NCBI RefSeq assembly: GCF_000017945.1 | Contig: NC_009776.1 | Location: 1,080,001 to 1,112,000 of the forward strand | Reading direction: 5' to 3' | DNA: 32,000 bases | Source of the DNA: Ignicoccus hospitalis KIN4/I | Lineage (GTDB): Archaea > Thermoproteota > Thermoprotei_A > Sulfolobales > Ignicoccaceae | Position numbers and translations under genes: made by a program | Notes under the pieces: generated by a model | The model's database searches: none | What the model saw: only the letters and a program-made list of their open reading frames with translations | Told to the model about the DNA's origin: nothing | Shown: one piece after another, positions 22,165 through 30,078 of the stretch | How positions within the stretch are numbered: position 1 is the first letter of the stretch | How the letters are laid out: the number at the start of each line of letters is the position of its first letter

Positions 22165-23047
22165 TCAAATTAGCCAAGCGCGTCCGGACTTCGCTCGCAC
22201 AGCCGTCGTACCTCTTGAAGTCGGCCCTATAGCTCCCCTCAGCGCCCTCTTCAAAGAACAGAGCGTGTTCACGCCCTCAACCTTAGAGACCCAAAGCTCG
22301 GCGTAACCCTTGATCAGCTCATCGAGCTTGGAGGTGTCGGGAGAGTTAGGGCGGAGGACCTTGTTCGCCGCCTCCAACATTTTTCCAACGTTTCGTCCGT
22401 ACCTCCCTCGCCCCGCTTGCCGGCCTCGAATTCGATTAGCGCGAACCTCCCGAAGCCCCACCTGGTCGCCCTGCCCACGCCATAGAGGGTCATAACGACT
22501 AGCGCGGTAGCGGCGAAGAGCGGGAAGAGCTCCTCGGCCTTTTCATTGACGTCGCTGGTTCGCGGCTTGAGGAAGACCTCCACCTCCAACTTCCCGGCGT
22601 CGACGAAGGGAACCTCCGCCGTCCCTGACGGGGGCGAGCACGAAACCTTAGCTTTGGACGGGTCCTCGGAGAGGTTGTACCTCACAGTGAGGTTGAAGGG
22701 GCTCCCCCACGATGACTTCTTGCCGACCCTGCCGAACATGAACTCGGTCAGCCTTAGCTCAAGGCTGGTCTTATCGGAGAGTTTTACCGTTATCGTATCT
22801 CTCCTCAAGCATTTGCTCTGTCCCTCCATTGCCTCGCTCAGCCTCCTCATCCTGCCTATTATGGAGTAGGGCTGGGGTCCCCCCTACGTAGCGCTCGCCG
22901 CAAGCGGACTGTCTGAAAGGCCCCCGCGTCGCCGCTGGAGAAGGGGGTGACGTTGACGAACCTCATTTTGAGGTACCTCTTCGGCGTGAAAAGCCTCTTC
23001 TCCACCTCCTTAGCCGTCAGAGCTACGCCGTAACTCGTCGAGAGCAA
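22165..23047 (-). pseudogene. RAMP-superfamily (Cmr1-like) CRISPR-associated gene interrupted by two frameshifts
   Basis: Three successive ORFs lie in three different frames (22859-23047, 22314-22850, 22165-22461). The N-terminus is ...MRFVNVTPFSSGDAGAFQTVRLRRALRR. The central part carries the glycine-rich RAMP loop LYGVGRATRWGFGRFALIEF. The frame breaks are placeable at C6 (22879-22884) and T5 (22380-22384). Confidence 0.5.
22314..22850 (-). CDS. largest intact frame of the RAMP-like gene (would be annotated as a 178-aa hypothetical protein)
   Basis: It starts at ATG and contains ...TITVKLSDKTSLELRL...FNLTVRYNL...LEVEVFLKP...FAATALVVMTLYGVGRATRWGFGRFALIEFE. The last roughly 40 residues (CWRRRTRSSALTLPTPPSSMS) look out of frame. 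Confidence 0.5.
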   Translation of the reverse strand: MRRLSEAMEGQSKCLRRDTITVKLSDKTSLELRLTEFMFGRVGKKSSWGSPFNLTVRYNLSEDPSKAKVSCSPPSGTAEVPFVDAGKLEVEVFLKPRTSDVNEKAEELFPLFAATALVVMTLYGVGRATRWGFGRFALIEFEAGKRGEGGTDETLEKCWRRRTRSSALTLPTPPSSMS

Positions 23048-23173
23048 GCGCGCCGTCCCAAAGGCCTTAGGCCCCGGACCTTAACCAAGGTTTCCAGCCT
23101 ACTTACCGATAAGTAATTACTCACTGTCCTAGCTTTAAGCCAGGAGACCGACGAGGAGTAGGGATATCCACAC

Positions 23174-23722
23174 TTGAGCCCGGAGGAGTTCGATAAGGAA
23201 ACTGTTGCTAAGGTCTTCGCCAACTTCGCCGAGAAGTTCATGTTCGACACCCTCCCCAAGAACTTAAAGAAGTACGTCGGAGAGGGGGCGGCGACCGCGT
23301 TGATCTTCAACATAGTTAAGGAAGGTGCCAAGGAAACCATGGGAGAGGAGCTGAAGAAGATGATAAAGGTAGAGAGTCTGAAGGACGCCATGAAGGCTTG
23401 TTATTTGCCCTACAAGCTCGTAGGCATGGAGTTCGAGTACGAGGAGGCCGAGGAGGGCGACGAGTACGTCTTCAAAGTCACTAAGTGTCCGCACTTCAAG
23501 TACACCAAGGACATGCCCTTCGCTTGCGCCGCGTGCGCGGCGATAAAGGCCGGTATAATAGAGAAGCTCGAGGACAAGCCCGTCCAAATAGTGTTCAAGG
23601 GGACCAGGAGGCTCGGCAGCCGCGAGCCCGGGATCTTGATAGAAGTAGTCAAGCACATGCCCTCCGGAGACCCCTACTGCGAGTTCCGGTTGAAGGAGCT
23701 ACCCAGACAAGGCCAGAGTTAG
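23174..23722 (+). CDS. V4R / ATC-hydrolase-like Cys-motif small-molecule-binding protein (tentative)
   Basis: 182 aa with a TTG start (the alternative ATG gives MFDTLPK). The C-terminal half, ...VFKVTKCPHFKYTKDMPFACAACAAIKAGIIEKLEDKPVQIVFKG...VKHMPSGDPYCEFRLKE, fits the C...C....G...G......v......C..Gd..C.F pattern. Composition is host-like. Confidence 0.45.
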   Translation: MSPEEFDKETVAKVFANFAEKFMFDTLPKNLKKYVGEGAATALIFNIVKEGAKETMGEELKKMIKVESLKDAMKACYLPYKLVGMEFEYEEAEEGDEYVFKVTKCPHFKYTKDMPFACAACAAIKAGIIEKLEDKPVQIVFKGTRRLGSREPGILIEVVKHMPSGDPYCEFRLKELPRQGQS

Positions 23723-24433
23723 GAGAGCGTATTCTTCCCACCACCTCCCCCCTTTTAGGGCGCACAGCGCCGCCAGAGCAGCTTCCGCGGGGGAGCACCT
23801 CCCGGTCACCAAGTCCCTCAAGAGGGACTTAGCCAACTGGGCCAGCGGGGGGTCGTAGTAGAGGGCGTAGGCGTAGAGCGAGTACAACAAGTTAACGGTC
23901 TTGGTAAAGTTTCCTCCGTGAAGCCTCCTAGCCAAGGTTTTGAACGCGTAAAGCTCCCCCATGTTCAAGTTCGAAGGGGCGCAAGGCGCCGGAGGGGGCC
24001 TCAAACCTTTAGCGAGGCTCTCGTACGTCCCTTTCAAGACTAAGAAGCAATACAAGGCCCGGGCGTCCTCGCGCCCCTCCAAGCACTTCAAGAACTCCTC
24101 CAACCCCTTGGCCTCTGGGTAGGAGGAGACCATGACGTAGTACCACTGGCCGTAGGTCCTTAGCTCTAAGAGGTTCTTCACCTTCGGGAGCCTCGCGGTG
24201 AGGGCCTCCACGAGTTCCCCCGCGAGCCTCTTGGGGTAGTCCGGCGGCAGCAGCCCCCTCGAGCGGTAGCATAGCGTCCTATTCGTCAACGAGCTGAGCA
24301 GCCACAAGGTCAAGTCTGTGGCTAACAAACTCCCCTCCCTTAGGGAGTAAGATATCGCGTGGGCCCCGCAGTCCGTAACGGGCAGTTGGGCTGTCAAGTT
24401 GGCAATTACAACGTAGAGCAGGGTTGTGTTCAA
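23699..24433 (-). CDS. hypothetical protein (Leu/Ala-rich, helical)
   Basis: 244 aa with a TTG start. Its 3' end overlaps the convergent V4R-like gene by 24 nt. Codon usage is host-like. No recognisable motif, and the start is uncertain. Confidence 0.45.
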   Translation of the reverse strand: MNTTLLYVVIANLTAQLPVTDCGAHAISYSLREGSLLATDLTLWLLSSLTNRTLCYRSRGLLPPDYPKRLAGELVEALTARLPKVKNLLELRTYGQWYYVMVSSYPEAKGLEEFLKCLEGREDARALYCFLVLKGTYESLAKGLRPPPAPCAPSNLNMGELYAFKTLARRLHGGNFTKTVNLLYSLYAYALYYDPPLAQLAKSLLRDLVTGRCSPAEAALAALCALKGGRWWEEYALLTLALSG

Positions 24434-24476
24434 GCCTAAATCACCCCCTTTCGAAACCTCACGCGGGGTAGATCGA

Positions 24477-25991
24477 GTGGAGAAAGAGGTCTACGTCCCG
24501 GACCTCAACGCGGTCCAGAGGGGGCTGCTCACGAGGCTCGTGGAGCAGGGCCTCCTCTACGGGACCTTGTTGATACCTTCAACCTTGATCAAGGAAATAG
24601 AGAGGCAAGCGAAGGAGGGGCTCGCCTCCGGCATGGCGGCGTTGGAGGAGTTGACCAAGCTCAGGGAGCTCGAGATGCAAGGGCTCGTTAACATAGAGGT
24701 CGTAGAGGTAAAGGAGAGGGACGTAGATGACGCAGTTAGGAAGGTCGCCAAAGAGAAAAACGCCACGTTGGTCACTGGGGACAGAGTACAAGCGCTCGTT
24801 GCCACGACTATGGGCATAGAAGTGTTCTTCGCGGGCGAGTACAGGCCGGCGAAGCTGAAGTTCGAGGAGTTCTTCGACGAGGAGACTATGAGCATTCACT
24901 TGAAGGAGGGAGACGTGCCCAAGGCTAAGAAGGGGAGGCCGGGGGAGTGGGAGATGGTCCCCCTCTCCAATGAGGTGTTGGACGCGGCGACGTTGGAAAA
25001 CATGGCCCTCGAGATAATGGAAACTGCCAGGTCCCGGAGGGACGCCTACGTTGAGGTAGATAGGCCCGGCACGACGGTGGTGCAGCTCGGGAAGTATAGG
25101 ATAGTGATCACCAGGCCTCCCCTCTCGGACGGGTGGGAGATAACCGCGGTCAGGCCGATAGCGAAGTTGAGCTTGGAAGACTACGACTTGCCGGAGAAGC
25201 TGATAAGGAGGTTGGAGGACAGGGCGGAAGGAATACTCATAGCCGGCGCCCCCGGCGCGGGCAAGACTACCTTCGCCCAAGCCCTCACCGAGTACTACGC
25301 CAGGAAGGGGAAGGTGGTCAAAACCATAGAGTCCCCGAGGGACATGGTCCTCCCTCCGAGCGTCACTCAGTACTCTAAGGAGCACACGAGCGTGAAGGAG
25401 CTTTACGCGATACTCTTGTTGTCGAGGCCGGACTACACCATATTCGACGAGATGAGGACCGACGAGGACTTCAAACTATACATGGACCTCAGGATGGCCG
25501 GAATAGGCATGGTAGGGGTAGTCCACGCCACCACCCCGATAGACGCGGTCCAGAGGCTGATAGGGAGGGTGGAGCTGGGGATGATACCCAGCATCGTAGA
25601 CACCGTGATATTCATAGACAGCGGGAGCGTGGCGAAGGTCTACGAGCTCCAGATGACCGTCAAGCTCCCCACGGGGCTCCGGGAGGCGGACCTAGCGAGG
25701 CCGGTAGTGGAGGTGAGGGACTTCTTGACCGGGGAGTTGGAGTACGAGATCTACACTTGGGGCGAACAGACGATGGTGGTCCCGGTCAAGAGAGTTGCGA
25801 AGAGGGGCGAGGAGAAGATCTTAGCTTACGTCTACAGGGTCCTCCCGGAGGCGACCTCCGTGGAGGTGAAGGACGGGGTCGTGGTGGTGACCGTGCCGAA
25901 GTGGGCCGGGAAGAACGTCTTAAAAAAGGCGAAGAAGTTGAAGAAGCTGGAGGACCGGTTGGGAATGAGAATAAAGGTCAAGTACGAGTGA
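24477..25991 (+). CDS. PIN-domain / PilT-like P-loop ATPase / KH-domain protein (COG1855-type archaeal ATPase)
   Basis: It has an N-terminal PIN-like region ([13 protein letters not shown]...[14 protein letters not shown]) and a Walker A in [19 protein letters not shown] Walker B-like [10 protein letters not shown] is followed by [14 protein letters not shown]. The C-terminal KH-like region is ...[38 protein letters not shown]. The start is moved to GTG 24477 (the track ORF starts at GTG 24426). Confidence 0.75.
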   Translation: MEKEVYVPDLNAVQRGLLTRLVEQGLLYGTLLIPSTLIKEIERQAKEGLASGMAALEELTKLRELEMQGLVNIEVVEVKERDVDDAVRKVAKEKNATLVTGDRVQALVATTMGIEVFFAGEYRPAKLKFEEFFDEETMSIHLKEGDVPKAKKGRPGEWEMVPLSNEVLDAATLENMALEIMETARSRRDAYVEVDRPGTTVVQLGKYRIVITRPPLSDGWEITAVRPIAKLSLEDYDLPEKLIRRLEDRAEGILIAGAPGAGKTTFAQALTEYYARKGKVVKTIESPRDMVLPPSVTQYSKEHTSVKELYAILLLSRPDYTIFDEMRTDEDFKLYMDLRMAGIGMVGVVHATTPIDAVQRLIGRVELGMIPSIVDTVIFIDSGSVAKVYELQMTVKLPTGLREADLARPVVEVRDFLTGELEYEIYTWGEQTMVVPVKRVAKRGEEKILAYVYRVLPEATSVEVKDGVVVVTVPKWAGKNVLKKAKKLKKLEDRLGMRIKVKYE

Positions 25992-26037
25992 GGTCACCAA
26001 AGGCCAATCTCTTCACCGCTCTGCCCGTCGGGCGCGA

Positions 26038-27189
26038 TCATCCCTCTACCATTTCGTGGCCGGAGGTGTGGAGCTTTAGCACCTCCTCCTCTGAGGGGGG
26101 CCTCCACAAGAGCTTGTAGTACTTTTTTATCTCCTCGAACCTCCACGGCCCCACGGGGTGGTCGCTGCCGCCGTAGACCCTCACCCCCGCTTCGAGCATG
26201 TCCTTAACCCTCATGAACTCCTTCCAGCGGTTGCCGAGGATCCTCTTGAACTCCTCCACCCCCACGGCCTCCATTATGCCGGGCTGTACGGACACCGGCA
26301 CGCCGGCCTCCGCCAAGGGCTCCAGCTGGTCGTCCCTGACCAGCGCGGCGTGCTCTATCCTCAAGACCCTCTTAGGAGACCCGGCGAGCTTGAAAGCCTT
26401 CAAGACCACGTCCAAGGCCTCGTCGCCCATCACGTGGACCGCCACTTGGAAGCCCTCTTCCTTGCCCTTCTTTATCCAAGCGACCAGCCTCTCCAAGGGG
26501 ACGTAGAGCCTCCCCTTACCTTCAGTCATAGCCGTGCCGTGGACTATAACGCCGTCCACGAAGAGCTTCACCCCGACGGCCCCCGGTATGTAGGTCTCAG
26601 TCCTCACGTAGTGATACACCTTGACGTCGTGTTTTATTTTATTAACTATCTCCATTTCCAGCCACCTCGAGGTCATGCTGTGTACCTCTACCACCCCTCC
26701 ATCCTTCAGCTCGTCCAGCACCGCCTTGAACGCTTTGTACAAAAGCATCGTGTCCGGGTCCGGTATTACGCGCCTCAACTTCCTCATAGCGCTCTCGTAG
26801 AGCCTCCCGGTGAGCTTCCCGTCCTCGCACTCCGCCCCCTCGTCCTCGCAGCTCACCCCTCCCAACTTCAACGCCTTGGTGTTCGCAACGGCCATGTGGC
26901 CGTCCCTAGTAGCTAGGGAAACGGGCACCTCCGGGGACGCCTCGTCCAGAGCGAACCTATCCAAGGACCTAGCCAATTTCAAGGGGAGGAGCGTGCCCAC
27001 GACCCAGCCCTTATAGGTGCCTCCCCTCTCGGCCTCCCTCCTAACCCTGAGGAGGACCTCCTCAACGGATTTACAGTCCTTCAAGTTTAGGTCTATCTTG
27101 GAGCGGGCGCTCCACGACAAGTGGAAGTGGGTGTCCACAAACATCGCTCGCGCTTCCGGGCCCTCCTCTAGAGGAGCGTTACAAAGCAT
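26038..27189 (-). CDS. metal-dependent amidohydrolase (amidohydrolase_3 / YtcJ-like TIM-barrel) lacking the usual N-terminal extension
   Basis: It has the HxH motif in MFVDTHFHL, plus VAVHVMGDEALD, IEHAALV and YGGSDHPVGP. An alternative start at ATG 27144 follows GAGGAGG. The longer start overlaps the upstream MDR-like gene by 11 nt. Confidence 0.75.
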   Translation of the reverse strand: MLCNAPLEEGPEARAMFVDTHFHLSWSARSKIDLNLKDCKSVEEVLLRVRREAERGGTYKGWVVGTLLPLKLARSLDRFALDEASPEVPVSLATRDGHMAVANTKALKLGGVSCEDEGAECEDGKLTGRLYESAMRKLRRVIPDPDTMLLYKAFKAVLDELKDGGVVEVHSMTSRWLEMEIVNKIKHDVKVYHYVRTETYIPGAVGVKLFVDGVIVHGTAMTEGKGRLYVPLERLVAWIKKGKEEGFQVAVHVMGDEALDVVLKAFKLAGSPKRVLRIEHAALVRDDQLEPLAEAGVPVSVQPGIMEAVGVEEFKRILGNRWKEFMRVKDMLEAGVRVYGGSDHPVGPWRFEEIKKYYKLLWRPPSEEEVLKLHTSGHEMVEG

Positions 27190-28027
27190 CCGGCCTGACC
27201 AAGCTCCTCGAGAAGGAGGACGTGAGCGCCTCCTCCAGCTCGTTGACCTCTTCCACCAACTCCCTCAAGTACTTGGTGGGTAAGGAGGCTACCAGCCTCG
27301 CGCCCTCAACTAGGTCCCCGGGGGTCAGGGGGACCACCTCGAGCTTCTTGCCTGCGAACACGTGCTTGGAGTAGTCCACGAGGGGGTGGAGGTACACCGT
27401 TCCCCCCTCCTTTACGCACATCGCTGCGGTGTCGAGCGCGCTGGCCTCCGGGACCGAGACCACCACGGCGTCCCACTCTTGGGTACAAGCCGAGGCGGTG
27501 GTGGGGTAGTAGTTCAAGTCAAAGCTTATCTCCCTCCCCCAAGGGAGCAGCGGGAGCTCCCAAGAGAGCTTGTAGGAGGCCAACACGTTAGTTAGGCCCG
27601 AGCCGACGAGCAAGGTCTTCTTGTCGGAGGTGAGCTCAGCTATCTTGAGGGCCAACGCCCCGGCGGAGGCCAAGGCCTTCGCGTAGTCCGGCACGTCCGG
27701 GGCCTCCGCTAAGGACTCCTTGGGCACCACTACGTACTCCGCCAAGGTGCCGTCCCTGGTCACCCCCAGTATGCCGTCGAAGTAGCTGTTTATTAAGACC
27801 TCCTTCCCCTCTTCCTCCTCCACCTCTACGCCCGCCTCCAAGACGTTGCCGAAGCCCTCCAGCCCCAACACGCGCTCGGGCTCCACCCAGATGTTGCCCC
27901 TTTCCAGGCCCCTCTCCAAGGGGGAGACCGAGGCTAACTTCACCTTTACGAGGACGTGGTCCTTCGGGACGGGGGGAATGGGCGTCTCTTCGACGACCAA
28001 GTCCCCTCGGAACTTGACGGCCCTCAT
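27179..28027 (-). CDS. medium-chain dehydrogenase/reductase (ADH/GroES-like) family protein with degenerate Zn and NAD(P) motifs
   Basis: The ADH_N-like N-terminus is [35 protein letters not shown]. The catalytic Cys is replaced (ASVSPLE), GHE becomes GLEGFG, and the Rossmann GxGxxG becomes GSGLTN. Its start overlaps the leuD stop (ATGA). Confidence 0.6.
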   Translation of the reverse strand: MRAVKFRGDLVVEETPIPPVPKDHVLVKVKLASVSPLERGLERGNIWVEPERVLGLEGFGNVLEAGVEVEEEEGKEVLINSYFDGILGVTRDGTLAEYVVVPKESLAEAPDVPDYAKALASAGALALKIAELTSDKKTLLVGSGLTNVLASYKLSWELPLLPWGREISFDLNYYPTTASACTQEWDAVVVSVPEASALDTAAMCVKEGGTVYLHPLVDYSKHVFAGKKLEVVPLTPGDLVEGARLVASLPTKYLRELVEEVNELEEALTSSFSRSLVRPDAL

Positions 28028-28551
28028 TTGCCCTCCACCGCCAACCTCTTCTTAAGGTAGGGGACCAAGCCCCCGCTCTCCAAGATCTCCAGTAAGCTCG
28101 GGGGGAGCTTGGGGACGTCGAACTCCTTCTTGAGGTTCCCTTCCTTGTCGTAAACCCTCACCTTCCCTCCCTCTAGGTCTACCTCGACCTCGTCCCCCTC
28201 TTCCACCGCCTCGCTTATCCCCTTGACGGCCACCGCGGGCAAGCCTTGGTTTATGCAGTTCCTATAGAATATTCTGGCGAAGCTCTCCGCGACCACCGCC
28301 TTAACCCCGGCGCCCTTTAAGGCCACAACGGCTTGCTCCCTGGAGCTCCCCATCCCGAAGTTCTTGCCCGCGACGACTATGACGCCGCCCAGCTCCTTGC
28401 TGCGCTGGTAGAAGTCCGGCATTATCGGCTCGAAGCAGTGCTTGCCCAGAGTTTCGGGGTCAGTATAGATCAAGTAACGCCCCGGAATTATGACGTCCGT
28501 GTCTATGTTGTCGCCCACCTTAATGGCCTTCGCCCTTATAGCTCCGGTCAC
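28024..28551 (-). CDS. leuD: 3-isopropylmalate / (methyl)malate-type dehydratase small subunit
   Basis: 175 aa. It shows [28 protein letters not shown] and [10 protein letters not shown]. The substrate loop reads YLIY, which is like the YLVY of methanogen isopropylmalate/citramalate isomerase and unlike the YLRT of homoaconitase small subunits. No large-subunit gene is adjacent. Confidence 0.85.
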   Translation of the reverse strand: MTGAIRAKAIKVGDNIDTDVIIPGRYLIYTDPETLGKHCFEPIMPDFYQRSKELGGVIVVAGKNFGMGSSREQAVVALKGAGVKAVVAESFARIFYRNCINQGLPAVAVKGISEAVEEGDEVEVDLEGGKVRVYDKEGNLKKEFDVPKLPPSLLEILESGGLVPYLKKRLAVEGK

Positions 28552-28644
28552 TGCGCGATCCCGGTCGGACTCGGGGAGGAGGTTATATAGTGTTGCTGCA
28601 AAAACCCTATTATTTCCTACTAAGCGCGCGTCCGGTAGTCGGCT
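28552..28644. promoter_or_regulatory. divergent promoter region between leuD operon and the synthase gene
   Basis: This 93-nt spacer contains TTATATA (28583-28589) and CTATTATTTCC (about 28606-28616) as TATA-like boxes facing the two divergent genes. The assignment is inferred from position only. Confidence 0.35.
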
Positions 28645-30078
28645 TTGGTGACGCCGTTCTCAGATGAGCTGAGAAAGTACAGGCCGGCGTTCGAACGGGT
28701 TAAGATACTTGACGCCACCTTGAGGGAGGGGGAGCAGACCCCGGGCGTCTCCTTCACTATAGACCAGAAGCTGGAGATAGCGAAGAAGCTGGACGAGATA
28801 GGCGTCCACATGATAGAGGCCGGCCACCCGGCGGTGGCGCCGGACGTGTACGAGGCCGTGAGGAGGATAGCGTGGATGAAGAAGGAGGGGGAGATAAGGG
28901 CCGAGGTCGTGGCCCACAGCAGGGCGGTCAAGAGCGACATAGACAAGGCCGCGGAGACCGAAGCGGATAGGATAGCCATCTTCTACGGGGTCAGCGACAT
29001 ACACTTGAACGCTAAACACAAGAAGACGAGGGAAGAGGCCCTCAGCATAATCGGCGAAATGGTGGAGTACGCGAAGGGTTACGGCGTGAAGGTAAGGTTC
29101 ACCGCCGAGGACGCCTCGAGGGCGGACTTGCAGTACTTGGAGCAAGTGGTCAAGACCGCGAGGGACGCGGGGGCGGACAGGGTGAGCTTGGCCGACACGG
29201 TAGGGGTACTAACCCCGTGGACCGCTCAGAAGTTCTTCGAACACATGGTAAAGGCAGTCCCTAACGTTGAATACGACATCCACGCTCACAATGACTTAGG
29301 CATGGCGCTGGCCACGGCGTTCGGGGCGGTAATGGGAGGGGCCACGGCAGTACACGTGACAGTAAACGGGCTGGGCGAGAGGGTGGGCATAGTCCCCCTC
29401 CAGCTCTTCGCGGTGGCGGTGAAGGTACACTTCGACGTGGAGCTGGTGAAGCTGAGCGGCCTGATGGAGTTGACGAGGATGGTCGAGCGCTACTCCGGCA
29501 TAGAGGTCCCCTACAACATGCCGGTCATAGGCGACTACGCGTTCTTGCACAAGGCCGGCGTCCACGTGGCCGGCATACTGGCAGACCCGAGGACCTACGA
29601 GGCCTTCCCGCCGGAGATGATAGGGAGGAGCAGGGACTACGTGATAGACAAATACACCGGAAAGAAGGCAGTGAAGGCGAAGCTCGAGAAGCTCGGAATA
29701 AAGGTGGACGACGACACGCTGATGAAGATACTAGAAGAGATAAAGAGGAGCAACTTAAGGTTCCTCACCGACGACGCGTTGATAAGCATCGCTGAGAAGG
29801 TGAGCGGCAAGGTGCTCAGGCCCAAGGCGACGGAGAACGTGGAGGCGGTGGTCTGGGTGAAGGTGGACAGCAACGCCTTTACGGGCTCGGTGGCCCGGAG
29901 GCTGAGCAACATAGAGGGCGTTAAGGAGGTTTCCGAAGTAACTGGCGACTATGACTTGCTAGTGAGGATAGAGGCCCCAGACCACAAAGTGCTAAATACC
30001 ATACTGGACACCGTGAGGGGCATGAAGGGTATAGTAGGTACCCACACCCAAATAGTCCTCAAGAAGCTCGAGAAGTGA
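28645..30078 (+). CDS. 2-isopropylmalate / citramalate / homocitrate synthase-family enzyme with C-terminal RAM (AsnC-type) regulatory domain
   Basis: The DRE-TIM barrel shows LDATLREGEQTPGV, ...HAHNDLGMALA..., and HVTVNGLGERVGI. The C-terminal roughly 80 aa, AVVWVKVDSNAFTGSVARRLSNIEGVKEVSEVTGDYDLLVRIEAPDHKVLNTILDTVRGMKGIVGTHTQIVL, form a RAM module in place of the bacterial LeuA dimer/regulatory domain. It has a GTG start. Confidence 0.85.
   Translation: MVTPFSDELRKYRPAFERVKILDATLREGEQTPGVSFTIDQKLEIAKKLDEIGVHMIEAGHPAVAPDVYEAVRRIAWMKKEGEIRAEVVAHSRAVKSDIDKAAETEADRIAIFYGVSDIHLNAKHKKTREEALSIIGEMVEYAKGYGVKVRFTAEDASRADLQYLEQVVKTARDAGADRVSLADTVGVLTPWTAQKFFEHMVKAVPNVEYDIHAHNDLGMALATAFGAVMGGATAVHVTVNGLGERVGIVPLQLFAVAVKVHFDVELVKLSGLMELTRMVERYSGIEVPYNMPVIGDYAFLHKAGVHVAGILADPRTYEAFPPEMIGRSRDYVIDKYTGKKAVKAKLEKLGIKVDDDTLMKILEEIKRSNLRFLTDDALISIAEKVSGKVLRPKATENVEAVVWVKVDSNAFTGSVARRLSNIEGVKEVSEVTGDYDLLVRIEAPDHKVLNTILDTVRGMKGIVGTHTQIVLKKLEK

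Noticed and set aside
23023-23391. 122-aa minus-strand ORF spanning the RAMP / V4R-like spacer
   Set aside because: It is antisense to the better-supported V4R-like gene and is Ser/Leu/Phe-rich. It is not in frame with the RAMP N-terminal fragment, so it does not extend that gene.
24579-25385. 268-aa minus-strand ORF
   Set aside because: It is antisense to the PIN-ATPase-KH gene, which contains an unambiguous Walker A. Its composition is shadow-ORF-like.
26158-26916. 252-aa plus-strand ORF
   Set aside because: It is antisense to the amidohydrolase, whose HxH and Asp motifs are on the minus strand. It is rich in His, Leu, Pro and Val with no motif.
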